Assembly: GCA_012797845.1 (NCBI GenBank)
Contig: JAAZOH010000040.1
Location: 57,072-121,071 of the forward strand
Length of the DNA: 64,000 nt
Reading direction: 5' to 3'
From: Candidatus Beckwithbacteria bacterium
GTDB lineage: Bacteria; Patescibacteriota; Microgenomatia; UBA1400; UBA1449
The translations under genes were made by a program, and so were the position numbers. The notes beneath the pieces were generated by a model. The model was not told where the DNA came from and made no database searches. It saw only the letters and a list, made by a program, of their open reading frames with translations. Below are positions 9,780 to 21,302 of the stretch, in pieces. Position 1 is the stretch's first letter; each line of letters opens with the position of its first letter.

Positions 9780-11281
9780 GGTTTAAGTAATTTATACACA
9801 GTTGGACCACCTTCAAAATGCCAGGTATTTTTGATCAAACTGGCAGTTTCAGTAGAGTCGTTGTTCAAAAACTGTTCTACCTCCCAGGTATTAGTCTCAA
9901 TAGCGTTTTCAAAACTACTATCAGTAATTAGATAGAGCAATTTAATAGTACCATACTCATATACGTCTTCAAGATTAGCTGAGTCAGTTTCTAAAAAATA
10001 CCGATAATTCATTCCTCTGTAATCTTTTGTACTATCAATAAGCGCAATATTAAATCTTTGTCCTCCGGCATCAGCTGCAATTTGAGCAGCAACTTGTTTG
10101 ACATCATCAATCTGCCATCCAAGTGGTTTAAAATAACGGTAATTTTTTAGATTCCAAAAGGCAATCAAAGTAATAGTTACTACTACAAAAAATTTACCAA
10201 GTAGTTTCTGTTTGTGGAGAAAGCTTAGCAAAATTCCCAATAGTAAAAATGGTAGTGGGAAAATAATCCCCATGTAATGTTCGAAGACATCTCCAGAATA
10301 TAAAGTAAATCCAATTAGACTGGTAATAAAGTAAATAAAAATAAGTTGAACACTTTTTTGTTTCCTGTGAAAGTAAGCATAAATAGTAAAAACAATAGCC
10401 AGCAGCCAAGATAAATTATCACGAACAATCCGAAGTTTTTCAAAACCCAAAACTTGACCCAGAATTTGTTGCAAGCGCCCTTCACTCTCTTTGATAGTTG
10501 TCCAAATATTATGTGGCGAGTGATGTCCTTTTTGGAAAAATTCTAAAAACCCCTGATAGTTGATAAAATTATGCCGAAAATCAAAAATTATCAGCGGCAA
10601 GGCTAAAATTATAAAAACTAAAAATCCCAGCCATATATATAAACTCATTTTTTTAACATCTTTTTTATTCTGCCACACGGTCAAAGCAAAAATAATAAAT
10701 AGGACTGGAGCTAAAAGCAAGGCCATGTAATGTAGCTGCAAAGCTACTCCCCAAGATAAAGCAACGAGTATAAAGTAGGCATATTTCTTGCGTTGATATA
10801 TTTGATAAAGAGCCCATAGTAAGATAATTGTAGCCAAAGGCATTGGATTTGGATTCCAAGAACCTCTAGTATTAGCAATAATCACATCAGAAACTGAATA
10901 AAGAAAAGTTGCTATTATCGCTACCTGTTTACTAAATAAATCTTTGGTAAAAAAGTAAAAAACCGGAATTGTGATAATTCCCAATAATGCCACGGCTAAA
11001 GCCGGACCAATCGGATCATAGCCAGTTAGCCACAACCATGGCGCCATAAAATAGTAATATAGAGGACCAAGTTGAATTTTCCCTACTGATGTAGTGGGGC
11101 CGACTAAAATGAGATCGCTATGAATTAAAAGGTTGCGGACAATACTGGCATCCCGACCCTGATCACCTAAAAAAATTAAAGTACTTCGTAGGTGATACAA
11201 ACGTAAAAATGCTCCGATAATAGTTGTTAGTACCAGCAGGTAATTTTGCTTGGCAAATTCGATCAATTGAAGTTTTTTCAT
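9776..11281 (-). CDS. GT-C fold glycosyltransferase, ArnT/PMT (GT39/83)-like.
   Basis: 501-aa polytopic membrane protein. The N-terminal FLRLYHL...FLGDQGRD loop motif is typical of ArnT-like 4-amino-arabinose/mannose transferases. Confidence 0.5.
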   Translation of the reverse strand: MKKLQLIEFAKQNYLLVLTTIIGAFLRLYHLRSTLIFLGDQGRDASIVRNLLIHSDLILVGPTTSVGKIQLGPLYYYFMAPWLWLTGYDPIGPALAVALLGIITIPVFYFFTKDLFSKQVAIIATFLYSVSDVIIANTRGSWNPNPMPLATIILLWALYQIYQRKKYAYFILVALSWGVALQLHYMALLLAPVLFIIFALTVWQNKKDVKKMSLYIWLGFLVFIILALPLIIFDFRHNFINYQGFLEFFQKGHHSPHNIWTTIKESEGRLQQILGQVLGFEKLRIVRDNLSWLLAIVFTIYAYFHRKQKSVQLIFIYFITSLIGFTLYSGDVFEHYMGIIFPLPFLLLGILLSFLHKQKLLGKFFVVVTITLIAFWNLKNYRYFKPLGWQIDDVKQVAAQIAADAGGQRFNIALIDSTKDYRGMNYRYFLETDSANLEDVYEYGTIKLLYLITDSSFENAIETNTWEVEQFLNNDSTETASLIKNTWHFEGGPTVYKLLKP

Positions 11282-11284
11282 GTC

Positions 11285-13383
<2,099 letters not shown>

Positions 13384-14346
13384 CTACTGTTTGTTTAATA
13401 ATTGCATGTCATAATCAACCATCATTTCAATCATTTTTTGAAAATTCAGGCTTCTTTTCCACCCTAGAGTTTTTTCGGCCTTTTCAGGATTACCATAGTA
13501 GTTTTTCTTGGGAGTTTCCCGATAAAATTCAGGAGCCATTGTAACAAATTCCTCCCAGTTTAGTCCAAGTTTGCCAAAAGCTATAGTAACGATATCTTTG
13601 ACCGTATGTAATTCTCCGGTTGCCAAAATATAGTCATCAGCCTTATCCTGTTGCAACATCAGCCACATAGCTTGTACATAATCAAGTGCATACCCCCAAT
13701 CTTGTTTAGCCTCTAAATTCCCTAAAGCCAATTGTTTTTCCAAACCTAATTTGATTTTAACTGCTCCCTGGGTAATTTTGCGAGTCACAAATTCACTTCC
13801 CCGTCTTGGAGATTCGTGATTATATAAAATCCCGGAACAAGCAAAAGTATCAAAATGTTGCCTAAAAAGCTGGCAAGAAAGATGTGCACAAAGCTTAGCT
13901 ACACTATATGGATCTGGTGGATTGTAAGCTGTTTTTTCACTCTGTTTTTCTTCATCACTTTGGCCAAAGATCCGAGCTGAAGTAGCCTGGAAAAATCTAG
14001 TTTGGGGCGAAAAATCTCGAATTGCCTCTAAAATACGCAGCACTCCTAAGCCGTTAACATCATAGTTCAAAACTGGCTTGTCCCAAGAAACCGGCACAAA
14101 AGAGATTCCGCCCAAGTTATAAACTTCATCAAACTGGTATTTTCGTATCAAATTCTCAATTGAAGCTTTATCCAACAAATCGCCTTCTTCTAAAATTAAT
14201 TTATCCTTAATGTGAGTAATATTTTGTCCGCCAATGTCATTTTTGCCGCTCACCATTCCCACAACTTGATAGTCTCTCTCCAAAAGAAATTCTGATAAGT
14301 AAGACCCATCTTGGCCAGTAATACCGGTGATAAGAGCTGTTTTCAT
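13384..14346 (-). CDS. Second GDP-mannose 4,6-dehydratase paralog, tandem to gmd.
   Basis: [30 protein letters not shown]...NHESPRRG...DWGYALDYV. I trimmed the start to the internal Met (MKTALITG). By eye it is ~60% identical to the upstream copy. Confidence 0.75.
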   Translation of the reverse strand: MKTALITGITGQDGSYLSEFLLERDYQVVGMVSGKNDIGGQNITHIKDKLILEEGDLLDKASIENLIRKYQFDEVYNLGGISFVPVSWDKPVLNYDVNGLGVLRILEAIRDFSPQTRFFQATSARIFGQSDEEKQSEKTAYNPPDPYSVAKLCAHLSCQLFRQHFDTFACSGILYNHESPRRGSEFVTRKITQGAVKIKLGLEKQLALGNLEAKQDWGYALDYVQAMWLMLQQDKADDYILATGELHTVKDIVTIAFGKLGLNWEEFVTMAPEFYRETPKKNYYGNPEKAEKTLGWKRSLNFQKMIEMMVDYDMQLLNKQ

Positions 14347-14439
14347 AAAATAAAAATACAAAACTTAGAACATAAGAATATTCTAACATTTAATTGAGTT
14401 TTATATGAATTTGGGAATTCTGATACTTTATCTTTTTAA

Positions 14440-15729
14440 TTAATCTCGACCCACTCCCACATAGCTAAAGCCAAGTTTTTTAAGCTCCTGTGGATCATAC
14501 ATATTTCGCCCATCAACGAGTAAGTCGCCTTTCATATCTTTTTTAATTTGGGCAAAATCGACTTCTTTAAACTCATTCCATTCGGTTACTAGAAAAATCG
14601 CGTCAGCTTCCTTAGCTGCTTCAGCAGGCGAATCAGCAAAGCTGATTTTGTCTCCAAAAATAGTTTTTGATATGGCAGTAGCAATTGGATCATAAGCTGA
14701 GACTTTAGCTCCTTTTTGTAATAAAAGGTTTATTAGAGTAACTGATCTAGCCTCTCTCATATCATCAGTATCTGGTTTAAAGGCCAAGCCCCAAATAGCA
14801 ATTTGTTTGCCTTGCAAAGAGCCGTATTTTTTCTCAATTTTAGAAATTACATAAGCCACTTGGCTGTCATTGATTTGATCAACAGTTTTTAAAAGTTCAA
14901 AATCATAGCCAGCGTCTTTAGCCAGATAGTAAAGACCTTTAATATCTTTAGGAAAGCAAGATCCACCAAAACCTAAACCTGGACTTAAAAATTGGTTACC
15001 AATCCGTGGATCAGTCCCTACTCCCTTCATGACATCAGTTACATCTGCTCCTAGTAGATCGCAAATCCGGGCAATGCCATTGACAAAAGAGATTTTGGTA
15101 GCCAGCAAACTATTGGCTGCATATTTAATCATTTGAGCCGAAACTACATCAGTTACAATCCGTTCACCAGGCAAAGATTTATGGATATCCAACAAATCAT
15201 CTTTGGCCTTTTGACTGGCTACTCCAATCACAATTCGCGAAGGATGAACAGTATCGGTAATAGCTGAACCTTCGCGCAAAAATTCCGGAGCTGAGGCAAA
15301 TTCATAAGCTACTTTAGTATGCTGGTCCAATATTTTGGTTAGGTGTTTGTGAATCCCAGGCGGCACTGTGCTTTTTAACACAATCGTAGTTGGCTGTTTC
15401 AAAGCTTTGGCAATGGACTCTACCGCTGTCTCTACATAACGCAAATCCACTTTGCCACTGTCAGACTGGGGTGTTCCTACACAAATAAAGACAATTTGAC
15501 AATTATCCAAAGCTTCTTGATATGAACTAGTAAAATGAAGTCGTTTAGCTTTAAGACCCCGTTGCAAAAATTCATCGAGTCTGGGCTCGTGAATAGGAGG
15601 AATGCCTTTTTTTAAAGTTTCAACCCGTTTAGGATCAATATCCACTCCCCAGACTTGGTTACCAAAATCGGCATAGACAACTGCCGAAACAATACCAACA
15701 TAACCAGTTCCAATAACAGCAATATTCAT
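14440..15729 (-). CDS. ugd: UDP-glucose 6-dehydrogenase / nucleotide-sugar 6-dehydrogenase.
   Basis: MNIAVIGTGYVGIVSAVVYA...GGSCFPKD catalytic Cys motif. Start trimmed to MNIAVIG. Confidence 0.8.
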   Translation of the reverse strand: MNIAVIGTGYVGIVSAVVYADFGNQVWGVDIDPKRVETLKKGIPPIHEPRLDEFLQRGLKAKRLHFTSSYQEALDNCQIVFICVGTPQSDSGKVDLRYVETAVESIAKALKQPTTIVLKSTVPPGIHKHLTKILDQHTKVAYEFASAPEFLREGSAITDTVHPSRIVIGVASQKAKDDLLDIHKSLPGERIVTDVVSAQMIKYAANSLLATKISFVNGIARICDLLGADVTDVMKGVGTDPRIGNQFLSPGLGFGGSCFPKDIKGLYYLAKDAGYDFELLKTVDQINDSQVAYVISKIEKKYGSLQGKQIAIWGLAFKPDTDDMREARSVTLINLLLQKGAKVSAYDPIATAISKTIFGDKISFADSPAEAAKEADAIFLVTEWNEFKEVDFAQIKKDMKGDLLVDGRNMYDPQELKKLGFSYVGVGRD

Positions 15730-15784
15730 ACTCAGAAAATATAACACAAGTTAAAGGATCTGTCATTCCTGTGAAGACAGTAAT

Positions 15785-16240
15785 CTATCCTTTTAAACTG
15801 GAAGTACAATTGGGGCAACGAGTTGCTTTAGCTGGAATTTTAGTAAAGCAAAAGGGACACGTTTTATTTTTTTCTTTCTTTTCTTTTTCTTCTTTGCGTT
15901 GCAACTGATTAATTCCCTTAACCAATAAAAAGACAGCAAACGCTACGATAGTAAAATCAATAACATTATTTAAAAATATGCCATAACTAATAACTGGAGC
16001 CCCAGCTTCAGAAGCTGCAGCCAAACTGGAATAATGTTTACCTGACAAATTAATGTATAAATCAGCAAAATCAACCTTAGCCAATAAAAGTCCTAATGGC
16101 GGCATGATAATATCGCCAACTAATGAAGAGATGATTTCTTTAAAAGCTCCGCCAATAATAATACCAACTGCCAAATCAATAACATTACCCCGCATGGCAA
16201 ATTTTTTAAACTCATTGAAAAATTTTTGTAGCATAGCCAT
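15785..16240 (-). CDS. mscL: Large-conductance mechanosensitive channel MscL with a C-terminal Cys4 zinc-ribbon extension.
   Basis: The N-terminus [17 protein letters not shown] and TM2 are canonical MscL. A C-terminal CPFC...CPNC motif has been appended. Confidence 0.8.
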   Translation of the reverse strand: MAMLQKFFNEFKKFAMRGNVIDLAVGIIIGGAFKEIISSLVGDIIMPPLGLLLAKVDFADLYINLSGKHYSSLAAASEAGAPVISYGIFLNNVIDFTIVAFAVFLLVKGINQLQRKEEKEKKEKNKTCPFCFTKIPAKATRCPNCTSSLKG

Positions 16241-16291
16241 ATTTTAACAAATAATTTAATATTCTGCACTTTCTAGGGTAAAATATACGTA

Positions 16292-16963
16292 ATGAAAATT
16301 GATGTTCTCACTATTTTTCCGAATATGTTTGGCAGCCCTTTTGCTGAGTCGATTATTAAACGGGCTCAAGATCAAAAATTGCTTGAATTAAGTATTCATA
16401 ACCTAAGGGATTGGTCAACTGATAAGTATAAAAGCGTTGATGATCGGCCTTTTGGCGGTGGAGCCGGTATGATTATGCGAGTCGATATTGTAGACAAAGC
16501 TGTCACTGCCTTTAAATCTCAAAATGCTAAGCTAAAAACTAAAGTAGTCCTTCTCGATACTAAAGGCCAGTTTTATACTCAAAAAAATGCTCAGCAATTG
16601 GCCAATCATGAACATCTCATCATTATTGCTCCGCATTTTGAAGGTATCGATCATCGGGTACATGAACATATTGCTGATGAAGTTTTTTCAATTGGCCCCT
16701 ATGTACTAACTGGTGGAGAATTACCAGCCATGGTGGTGATTGACTCAGTGACACGACTTATTCCTGGAGTCATCAATCCCGATTCTCTACTTGAGGAGTC
16801 TTATGCAAATTTTGAATTTGACAATGTCAAATTTGATCATTGCCAAGAATATCCCCAATACACTAGGCCAGCACAATATAAAGACTGGAAAGTACCTGAA
16901 GCACTGCTTTCCGGCAACCATGCCCAAATTGATACCTGGAGAAAAGAACAAGTTAATAAGTAA
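16292..16963 (+). CDS. trmD: tRNA (guanine37-N1)-methyltransferase.
   Basis: MKIDVLTIFPNMF...RPFGGGAGMIMRVD...ITGGELPAMV are the canonical TrmD SPOUT motifs. Confidence 0.9.
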   Translation: MKIDVLTIFPNMFGSPFAESIIKRAQDQKLLELSIHNLRDWSTDKYKSVDDRPFGGGAGMIMRVDIVDKAVTAFKSQNAKLKTKVVLLDTKGQFYTQKNAQQLANHEHLIIIAPHFEGIDHRVHEHIADEVFSIGPYVLTGGELPAMVVIDSVTRLIPGVINPDSLLEESYANFEFDNVKFDHCQEYPQYTRPAQYKDWKVPEALLSGNHAQIDTWRKEQVNK

Positions 16964-17849
16964 GACCAACTGATTTTAGTCTTAAAATTTCTTCATCATG
17001 GCTAGGGTGAGTCATGGTCAGAATTTTTTCAGTTTCTTGACTGCTAAGGCTTAAATTTTTAGCACCATTGTCTTCTATGCTAGTAGCTGTAATATTACAG
17101 TTTTTTTCAAAAATTTGAGCTGCGGCTGCTCCGAATGCATAAGGAGTAGTAGCTGGACCAACCACATGTAAAATTTGCCCTGAAGAAAGCAGCTTAGTTT
17201 CTAGAAGCTGGCTAATTTTCATACAAGTCTGACTAATAAAATCTATTGAAGTAGGACAGATTTTTTGATCAGCATACAAATTAACTGTCTGATTTTTATC
17301 CATCCAGGAAAGCATTTTGCGTAGTAATCCCATTTTGGGGTGAATCAGATTTCCATAAGGAAAAGCGATTCGCATAATTACTACTTGCTGATTTTTAGCT
17401 ACTTCTAAAACTGCTTCTTCGGCTGCTGCCTTTGTTTGAGAATAAACTGTATCATCGGGCAATATTGCATCAGTTTCAAGATATGGATCTTCTTTTGTCC
17501 CACCAGCAAAAACATAATCAGTACTAATATGAACAACCGGAATATCCAGTTTTTTACCAACTTCTAGAATATTTTTAGTACCCTGAACATTAAGCCGCCA
17601 GGAAAGAGATTCTTGCTCCGAGCTCAAATTTTTACCTGTGAAGGTAATAGCGGCAAAGTGAAATAAGACTGGTTTTATTCCTTCACGCAGCTTTCCTTCT
17701 ATCGCCTGAAACACGTTGTCTTTATCTAAAATATCAACGCTCTGATTCTCACCATGTAAATCAAGACCAATAAAATCCAAGCCCTGATTTATGCAGTCTT
17801 GTTTAAATTGACTAGCTACTAAACCTGATGATCCGGTACAAAAAATCAT
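16953..17849 (-). CDS. rmlD: dTDP-4-dehydrorhamnose reductase.
   Basis: SDR-fold protein adjacent to rmlC and rmlB, of RmlD length and with RmlD-like motifs. Start trimmed to MIFCTGSSG so it no longer overlaps rmlC. Confidence 0.65.
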   Translation of the reverse strand: MIFCTGSSGLVASQFKQDCINQGLDFIGLDLHGENQSVDILDKDNVFQAIEGKLREGIKPVLFHFAAITFTGKNLSSEQESLSWRLNVQGTKNILEVGKKLDIPVVHISTDYVFAGGTKEDPYLETDAILPDDTVYSQTKAAAEEAVLEVAKNQQVVIMRIAFPYGNLIHPKMGLLRKMLSWMDKNQTVNLYADQKICPTSIDFISQTCMKISQLLETKLLSSGQILHVVGPATTPYAFGAAAAQIFEKNCNITATSIEDNGAKNLSLSSQETEKILTMTHPSHDEEILRLKSVGLTY

Positions 17850-17854
17850 ATTAG

Positions 17855-18376
17855 CTATCCATTGAGTGGTTCCCAAATTTCTTCGAGCACACTATTCCAA
17901 GTAAATTTGTATTCATCACTGGGATCATATGGCTCTGATTGGAAATTGGTCACAATTACTTCTGGTGGCGTTAGAGCTTTCCAACCATGCATAATCCCAA
18001 AAGGAATTTTGATAAATTTAGGATGTTGGGTGCTAATAATAATTTTATTGGCATGCAAAAAAGTCGGACTATCTTCCCGAAGATCAATCAAAGAAACCTG
18101 AAGTTTACCACGAGTGACTGTAAATTGATCAATATGCTTTTCATGCAAATGCCAACATTTAACCACTCCATAATCAGTAGCTGATTGATAGACATGTTTA
18201 GGCGCTACAATTGGTTCTTTCTCTGTCCAAGGTAAGCTCCACAGCTCGGTAATACTTCCTCGTCCATCTACAATGGTGTTAAGCTCTTTTACATAGACTC
18301 CATCAATGGTGACTTCTTTTTGGATCGTAAAGGTTTGGCTTTTCAGCCAATCTTGGTTAATTTGTGAAATTTGCAT
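17855..18376 (-). CDS. rmlC: dTDP-4-dehydrorhamnose 3,5-epimerase (cupin).
   Basis: 173-aa cupin. DGRGSITELW resembles the RmlC substrate-binding region. Gene order is rmlB-rmlC-rmlD. Confidence 0.65.
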   Translation of the reverse strand: MQISQINQDWLKSQTFTIQKEVTIDGVYVKELNTIVDGRGSITELWSLPWTEKEPIVAPKHVYQSATDYGVVKCWHLHEKHIDQFTVTRGKLQVSLIDLREDSPTFLHANKIIISTQHPKFIKIPFGIMHGWKALTPPEVIVTNFQSEPYDPSDEYKFTWNSVLEEIWEPLNG

Positions 18377-18425
18377 ATTACTCCTTATTTTTTATTTTAA
18401 ATATATCCTTTTAATCTTTACCTTC

Positions 18426-19439
18426 TTACTTCTCTTCCCCATACTGTTTCTTATAATACTCCTGATACTCTCCCGATTTAACTCTTTGCCACCATTCTTG
18501 GTTTTGCTGATACCAGTCAATTGTTTGCTGTAAGTAATCAGTAAAATCATGTTGTGGAAAATAGCCCAGCTCATTCTTAGCCTTAGTCCAATCAATAGCA
18601 TAACGCACATCATGACCTGGCCGGTCCGTTACATGCTCAATTAAAGACTCATCTTTCTCCATTAGCTTTAAGATCATTTTTACTACTTGTAAATTGGAAA
18701 TGTCTCCTGTCATTCCACCAAAACAGTATGTTTCCCCAATTTTGCCTTTTTTAAGAACAAGCTCAATTCCAAAGCAATGATCATCGACATACAGCCAATC
18801 TCGAACTTGATTACCTTCACCATAGACCGGAATTTTTTTACCTTCAATAATATTGCTAATAGTCAGTGGGATAAATTTTTCCGGAAACTGGTAGGGGCCA
18901 AAATTATTACTACAATTGGAAATGGTAACAGGCAAGCCATAGGTATGGTAATAAGCTCTCACTAGATGATCAGAAGCCGCCTTAGAGGCACTATAAGGAC
19001 TACTGGGATCATAAGCTGTGTTTTCACTAAACTTATCTTCACTGCCTAGTTCTAGGCTGCCAAAAACCTCATCAGTGGAAACATGATGGAAACGGATGTT
19101 TTTGGTCCGAGCTGCTTCCAGCAACACATATGTTCCTTCAATGTTGGTTTTGATAAATGCTCCTGGTCCGGAAATTGACCGGTCTACATGAGTTTCAGCC
19201 GCAAAGTGCACAATTGCTTCACAACCTTCAAGAGCTTTTTTAACTACAGCAGAATCACAGATATCACCTTTGACAAACTGGTAATTGGGATTTTTCTCGA
19301 CTATTTTCAAGTTTTCTAAATTACCGGCATAAGTTAAAGAGTCTAAGTTGACAATTTGATCAGTTGGATATTTGCTAAGCCAGTAACGGATAAAATTACT
19401 GCCAATAAAACCAGCTCCACCAGTTACAAGTAGTTTCAT
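18426..19439 (-). CDS. rmlB: dTDP-glucose 4,6-dehydratase.
   Basis: [21 protein letters not shown]...[12 protein letters not shown] (YxxxK). It is RmlB across the full length. Confidence 0.9.
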   Translation of the reverse strand: MKLLVTGGAGFIGSNFIRYWLSKYPTDQIVNLDSLTYAGNLENLKIVEKNPNYQFVKGDICDSAVVKKALEGCEAIVHFAAETHVDRSISGPGAFIKTNIEGTYVLLEAARTKNIRFHHVSTDEVFGSLELGSEDKFSENTAYDPSSPYSASKAASDHLVRAYYHTYGLPVTISNCSNNFGPYQFPEKFIPLTISNIIEGKKIPVYGEGNQVRDWLYVDDHCFGIELVLKKGKIGETYCFGGMTGDISNLQVVKMILKLMEKDESLIEHVTDRPGHDVRYAIDWTKAKNELGYFPQHDFTDYLQQTIDWYQQNQEWWQRVKSGEYQEYYKKQYGEEK

Positions 19440-19451
19440 AGTTTCAATACA

Positions 19452-19525
19452 GTCATTCCGAACTTGTTTCGGAATCCCCTATATTAATTAAAATTAAGAG
19501 GATCCTGAATCAAGTTCAGGATGAC
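19452..19525. repeat. Short palindromic MITE/REP-like element, copy 2.
   Basis: gtcattccgaa-cttgt-ttcggaatc ... ggatcctgaa-tcaag-ttcaggatgac. There are two hairpins, and the outer GTCAT/ATGAC ends are inverted. The element lies between the rmlB start and the NUDIX stop. The NUDIX stop codon falls inside the right hairpin. Confidence 0.5.
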
Positions 19526-20076
19526 ATTTTTTTAATCTTACTTTTATATAGCATGTAAGCCCCAATTGTGGAAAGGTCCATAATTTTTCCACTAGCAATC
19601 ATGTTCTCAAAAGTAGCTAAACTAAGCAACTTTGTCTCAATTAATTCGTATTCGGCTTCTTCTTTTGATTGAGTTTTCATTTCTTTTTCAAAATCATCAA
19701 CCAAAAATACATTACCTAGTTGATTACTGTAACCAGGAGCTAGCCAGTAAGATCCAAGGTGTGTAATTTGTTTAGCTTTATAGCCAGTTTCCTCCTGTAG
19801 TTCTCGCTTGGCTGCCTGTGCCGGTGTTTCGCTACTATTTCTTGCTCCCATTGGTATTTCCCAAATCCATTGTCGCAAAGGAGCTCGCCACTGTTTTTCC
19901 AGAATAATCTTGCCATCTTTTATAGCTAAAATCACTACATAATCATTATCCCGTTCTAGTGTATAGTAATCTTTTACTTTGCCATCAGGATAGCGAATTT
20001 TCTCTTTAAAAACCTTCAACCACTTACAGTCAAAGACTTTTTTTGAAGAAACTACAGCTTTATCATCTAAACTCAT
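19516..20076 (-). CDS. NUDIX hydrolase.
   Basis: The Nudix box GARNSSETPAQAAKRELQEETGY fits GX5EX7REUXEEXGU. Confidence 0.75.
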   Translation of the reverse strand: MSLDDKAVVSSKKVFDCKWLKVFKEKIRYPDGKVKDYYTLERDNDYVVILAIKDGKIILEKQWRAPLRQWIWEIPMGARNSSETPAQAAKRELQEETGYKAKQITHLGSYWLAPGYSNQLGNVFLVDDFEKEMKTQSKEEAEYELIETKLLSLATFENMIASGKIMDLSTIGAYMLYKSKIKKMSS

Positions 20077-20182
20077 AGTTTCTTATTGTAGCAAAATCAT
20101 TGGCAATATCTTGACTAGGCTTGTCAGATATTTACAGAACCGCTATATTAGGAGCGTAAATAAAAATATATAAGGAGTAACT

Positions 20183-20662
20183 ATGGCCGACGATCAAACC
20201 ACACCTCAAACTACCACTGAGGAAACTACCTATGAACTAAGCGAAGAAACCCAAAGCACTGACACTTTTAACCAGGAAGAATTTGAAGCGGTTAAAAATT
20301 TGGTCTCTCGCAAAACTTCGCAAGCCGATGAGCTCAAAGAAAAAATCCGCGAATTAGCTGAATCTTTAAAAAACATGCTGACCAATGATAGTACGCTAGC
20401 TGATGCTGAAGAAACCCTCAAAGAAACTCGTAAAGCCGTCACCAAACGTAAAAATGAAATTGCCAATTCCGAGGAAGCCCAGTCGATCAAAGCTAAGCTG
20501 CGAGAACTCAAAGAAGAAATGGCTGATATTGAAGACAGTCTCAGTACCCAGCTACTTAATCTCTATCAGATTACAGGAGTTAAAGAGTTTGAGACTAATA
20601 CTGGGGAAGTTAGAGAGTTTGTCATTAAAGCCAAAGTTAAAGCCAAGAAGATTAAAGCTTAA
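20183..20662 (+). CDS. Hypothetical acidic coiled-coil protein with a Lys-rich C-terminus.
   Basis: 159 aa. It is preceded by an AAGGAG Shine-Dalgarno sequence, with a Thr/Glu-rich N-terminus and a KAKVKAKKIKA tail. No family was recognised. Confidence 0.3.
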   Translation: MADDQTTPQTTTEETTYELSEETQSTDTFNQEEFEAVKNLVSRKTSQADELKEKIRELAESLKNMLTNDSTLADAEETLKETRKAVTKRKNEIANSEEAQSIKAKLRELKEEMADIEDSLSTQLLNLYQITGVKEFETNTGEVREFVIKAKVKAKKIKA

Positions 20663-20984
20663 CAGTCTTAATCTGTACTCCCACCAAATCAATATAGGGA
20701 AAGTAGCTTCTTACTTCTTCCCAGAATTTATCAGCCAGTTTACTAGAAAAAACTGCATTTTCGCCTTTTTCCATATGGCCACAGAGTTTGCTTTCCCACT
20801 CTTTAATAATAGCTACTACTTGTCCACCTATCTCATCAAATTCAGCTTTGTATTTTTGACGGTCTTTCCCGTAATCATCATTGAGTAGCTTGAATCGAAA
20901 GAAAAGTTCTTGATGTTCCTTAAACATCTGATTAAAGTAGTCTTTAAATTTTGGCATATTATTATCCTGAGCAAGCCTGAGCAT
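20652..20984 (-). CDS. Hypothetical small protein.
   Basis: 110-aa ORF convergent with the previous gene, with an 11-nt overlap. It lies immediately downstream of a small HTH regulator. No family was recognised. Confidence 0.3.
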   Translation of the reverse strand: MLRLAQDNNMPKFKDYFNQMFKEHQELFFRFKLLNDDYGKDRQKYKAEFDEIGGQVVAIIKEWESKLCGHMEKGENAVFSSKLADKFWEEVRSYFPYIDLVGVQIKTVKL

Positions 20985-21016
20985 ATCGAAGGCGAGTCGA
21001 AGGATTGTTCAATTTA

Positions 21017-21262
21017 TTATTTGACTTCGTATACTGCCCCTTTAGTTTCACCCCTTTTAATAACAAAGCCTTTCTTAGCCAGTTGTTCCAAATCATAACG
21101 CAATGTCCGCTCAGGGACTGCAAAAAAGCGCCGTTTAATAAAGCTAAGGCTTACCTGCTTATGATCCCTGATAATTTGCAGGATTTCAAAACGCCTAGGT
21201 AAAAGTTGGCGCTCACGAAGATCCATATTTAAACAGTAACATATCTTGCCGATTGTTGCCAA
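21017..21262 (-). CDS. Small winged-helix transcriptional regulator (DeoR-type HTH).
   Basis: ILQIIRDHKQVSLSFIKRRFFAVPERTLRYDLEQLAKKGFV matches the DeoR N-terminal HTH pattern (...VS...L...F.VS..TIRRDL..L...G.). The true start may be the internal MDLRERQ. Confidence 0.5.
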   Translation of the reverse strand: MATIGKICYCLNMDLRERQLLPRRFEILQIIRDHKQVSLSFIKRRFFAVPERTLRYDLEQLAKKGFVIKRGETKGAVYEVK

Positions 21263-21302
21263 TATCTATTGAATAGGAGATTTTATTTTTACGTTACATC
21301 TT

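Noticed and set aside
16963-16990. Possible terminator after trmD (aagacc-aactgatttt-agtctt).
   Set aside because: The stem is imperfect and is not followed by a T-tract. Evidence is insufficient.
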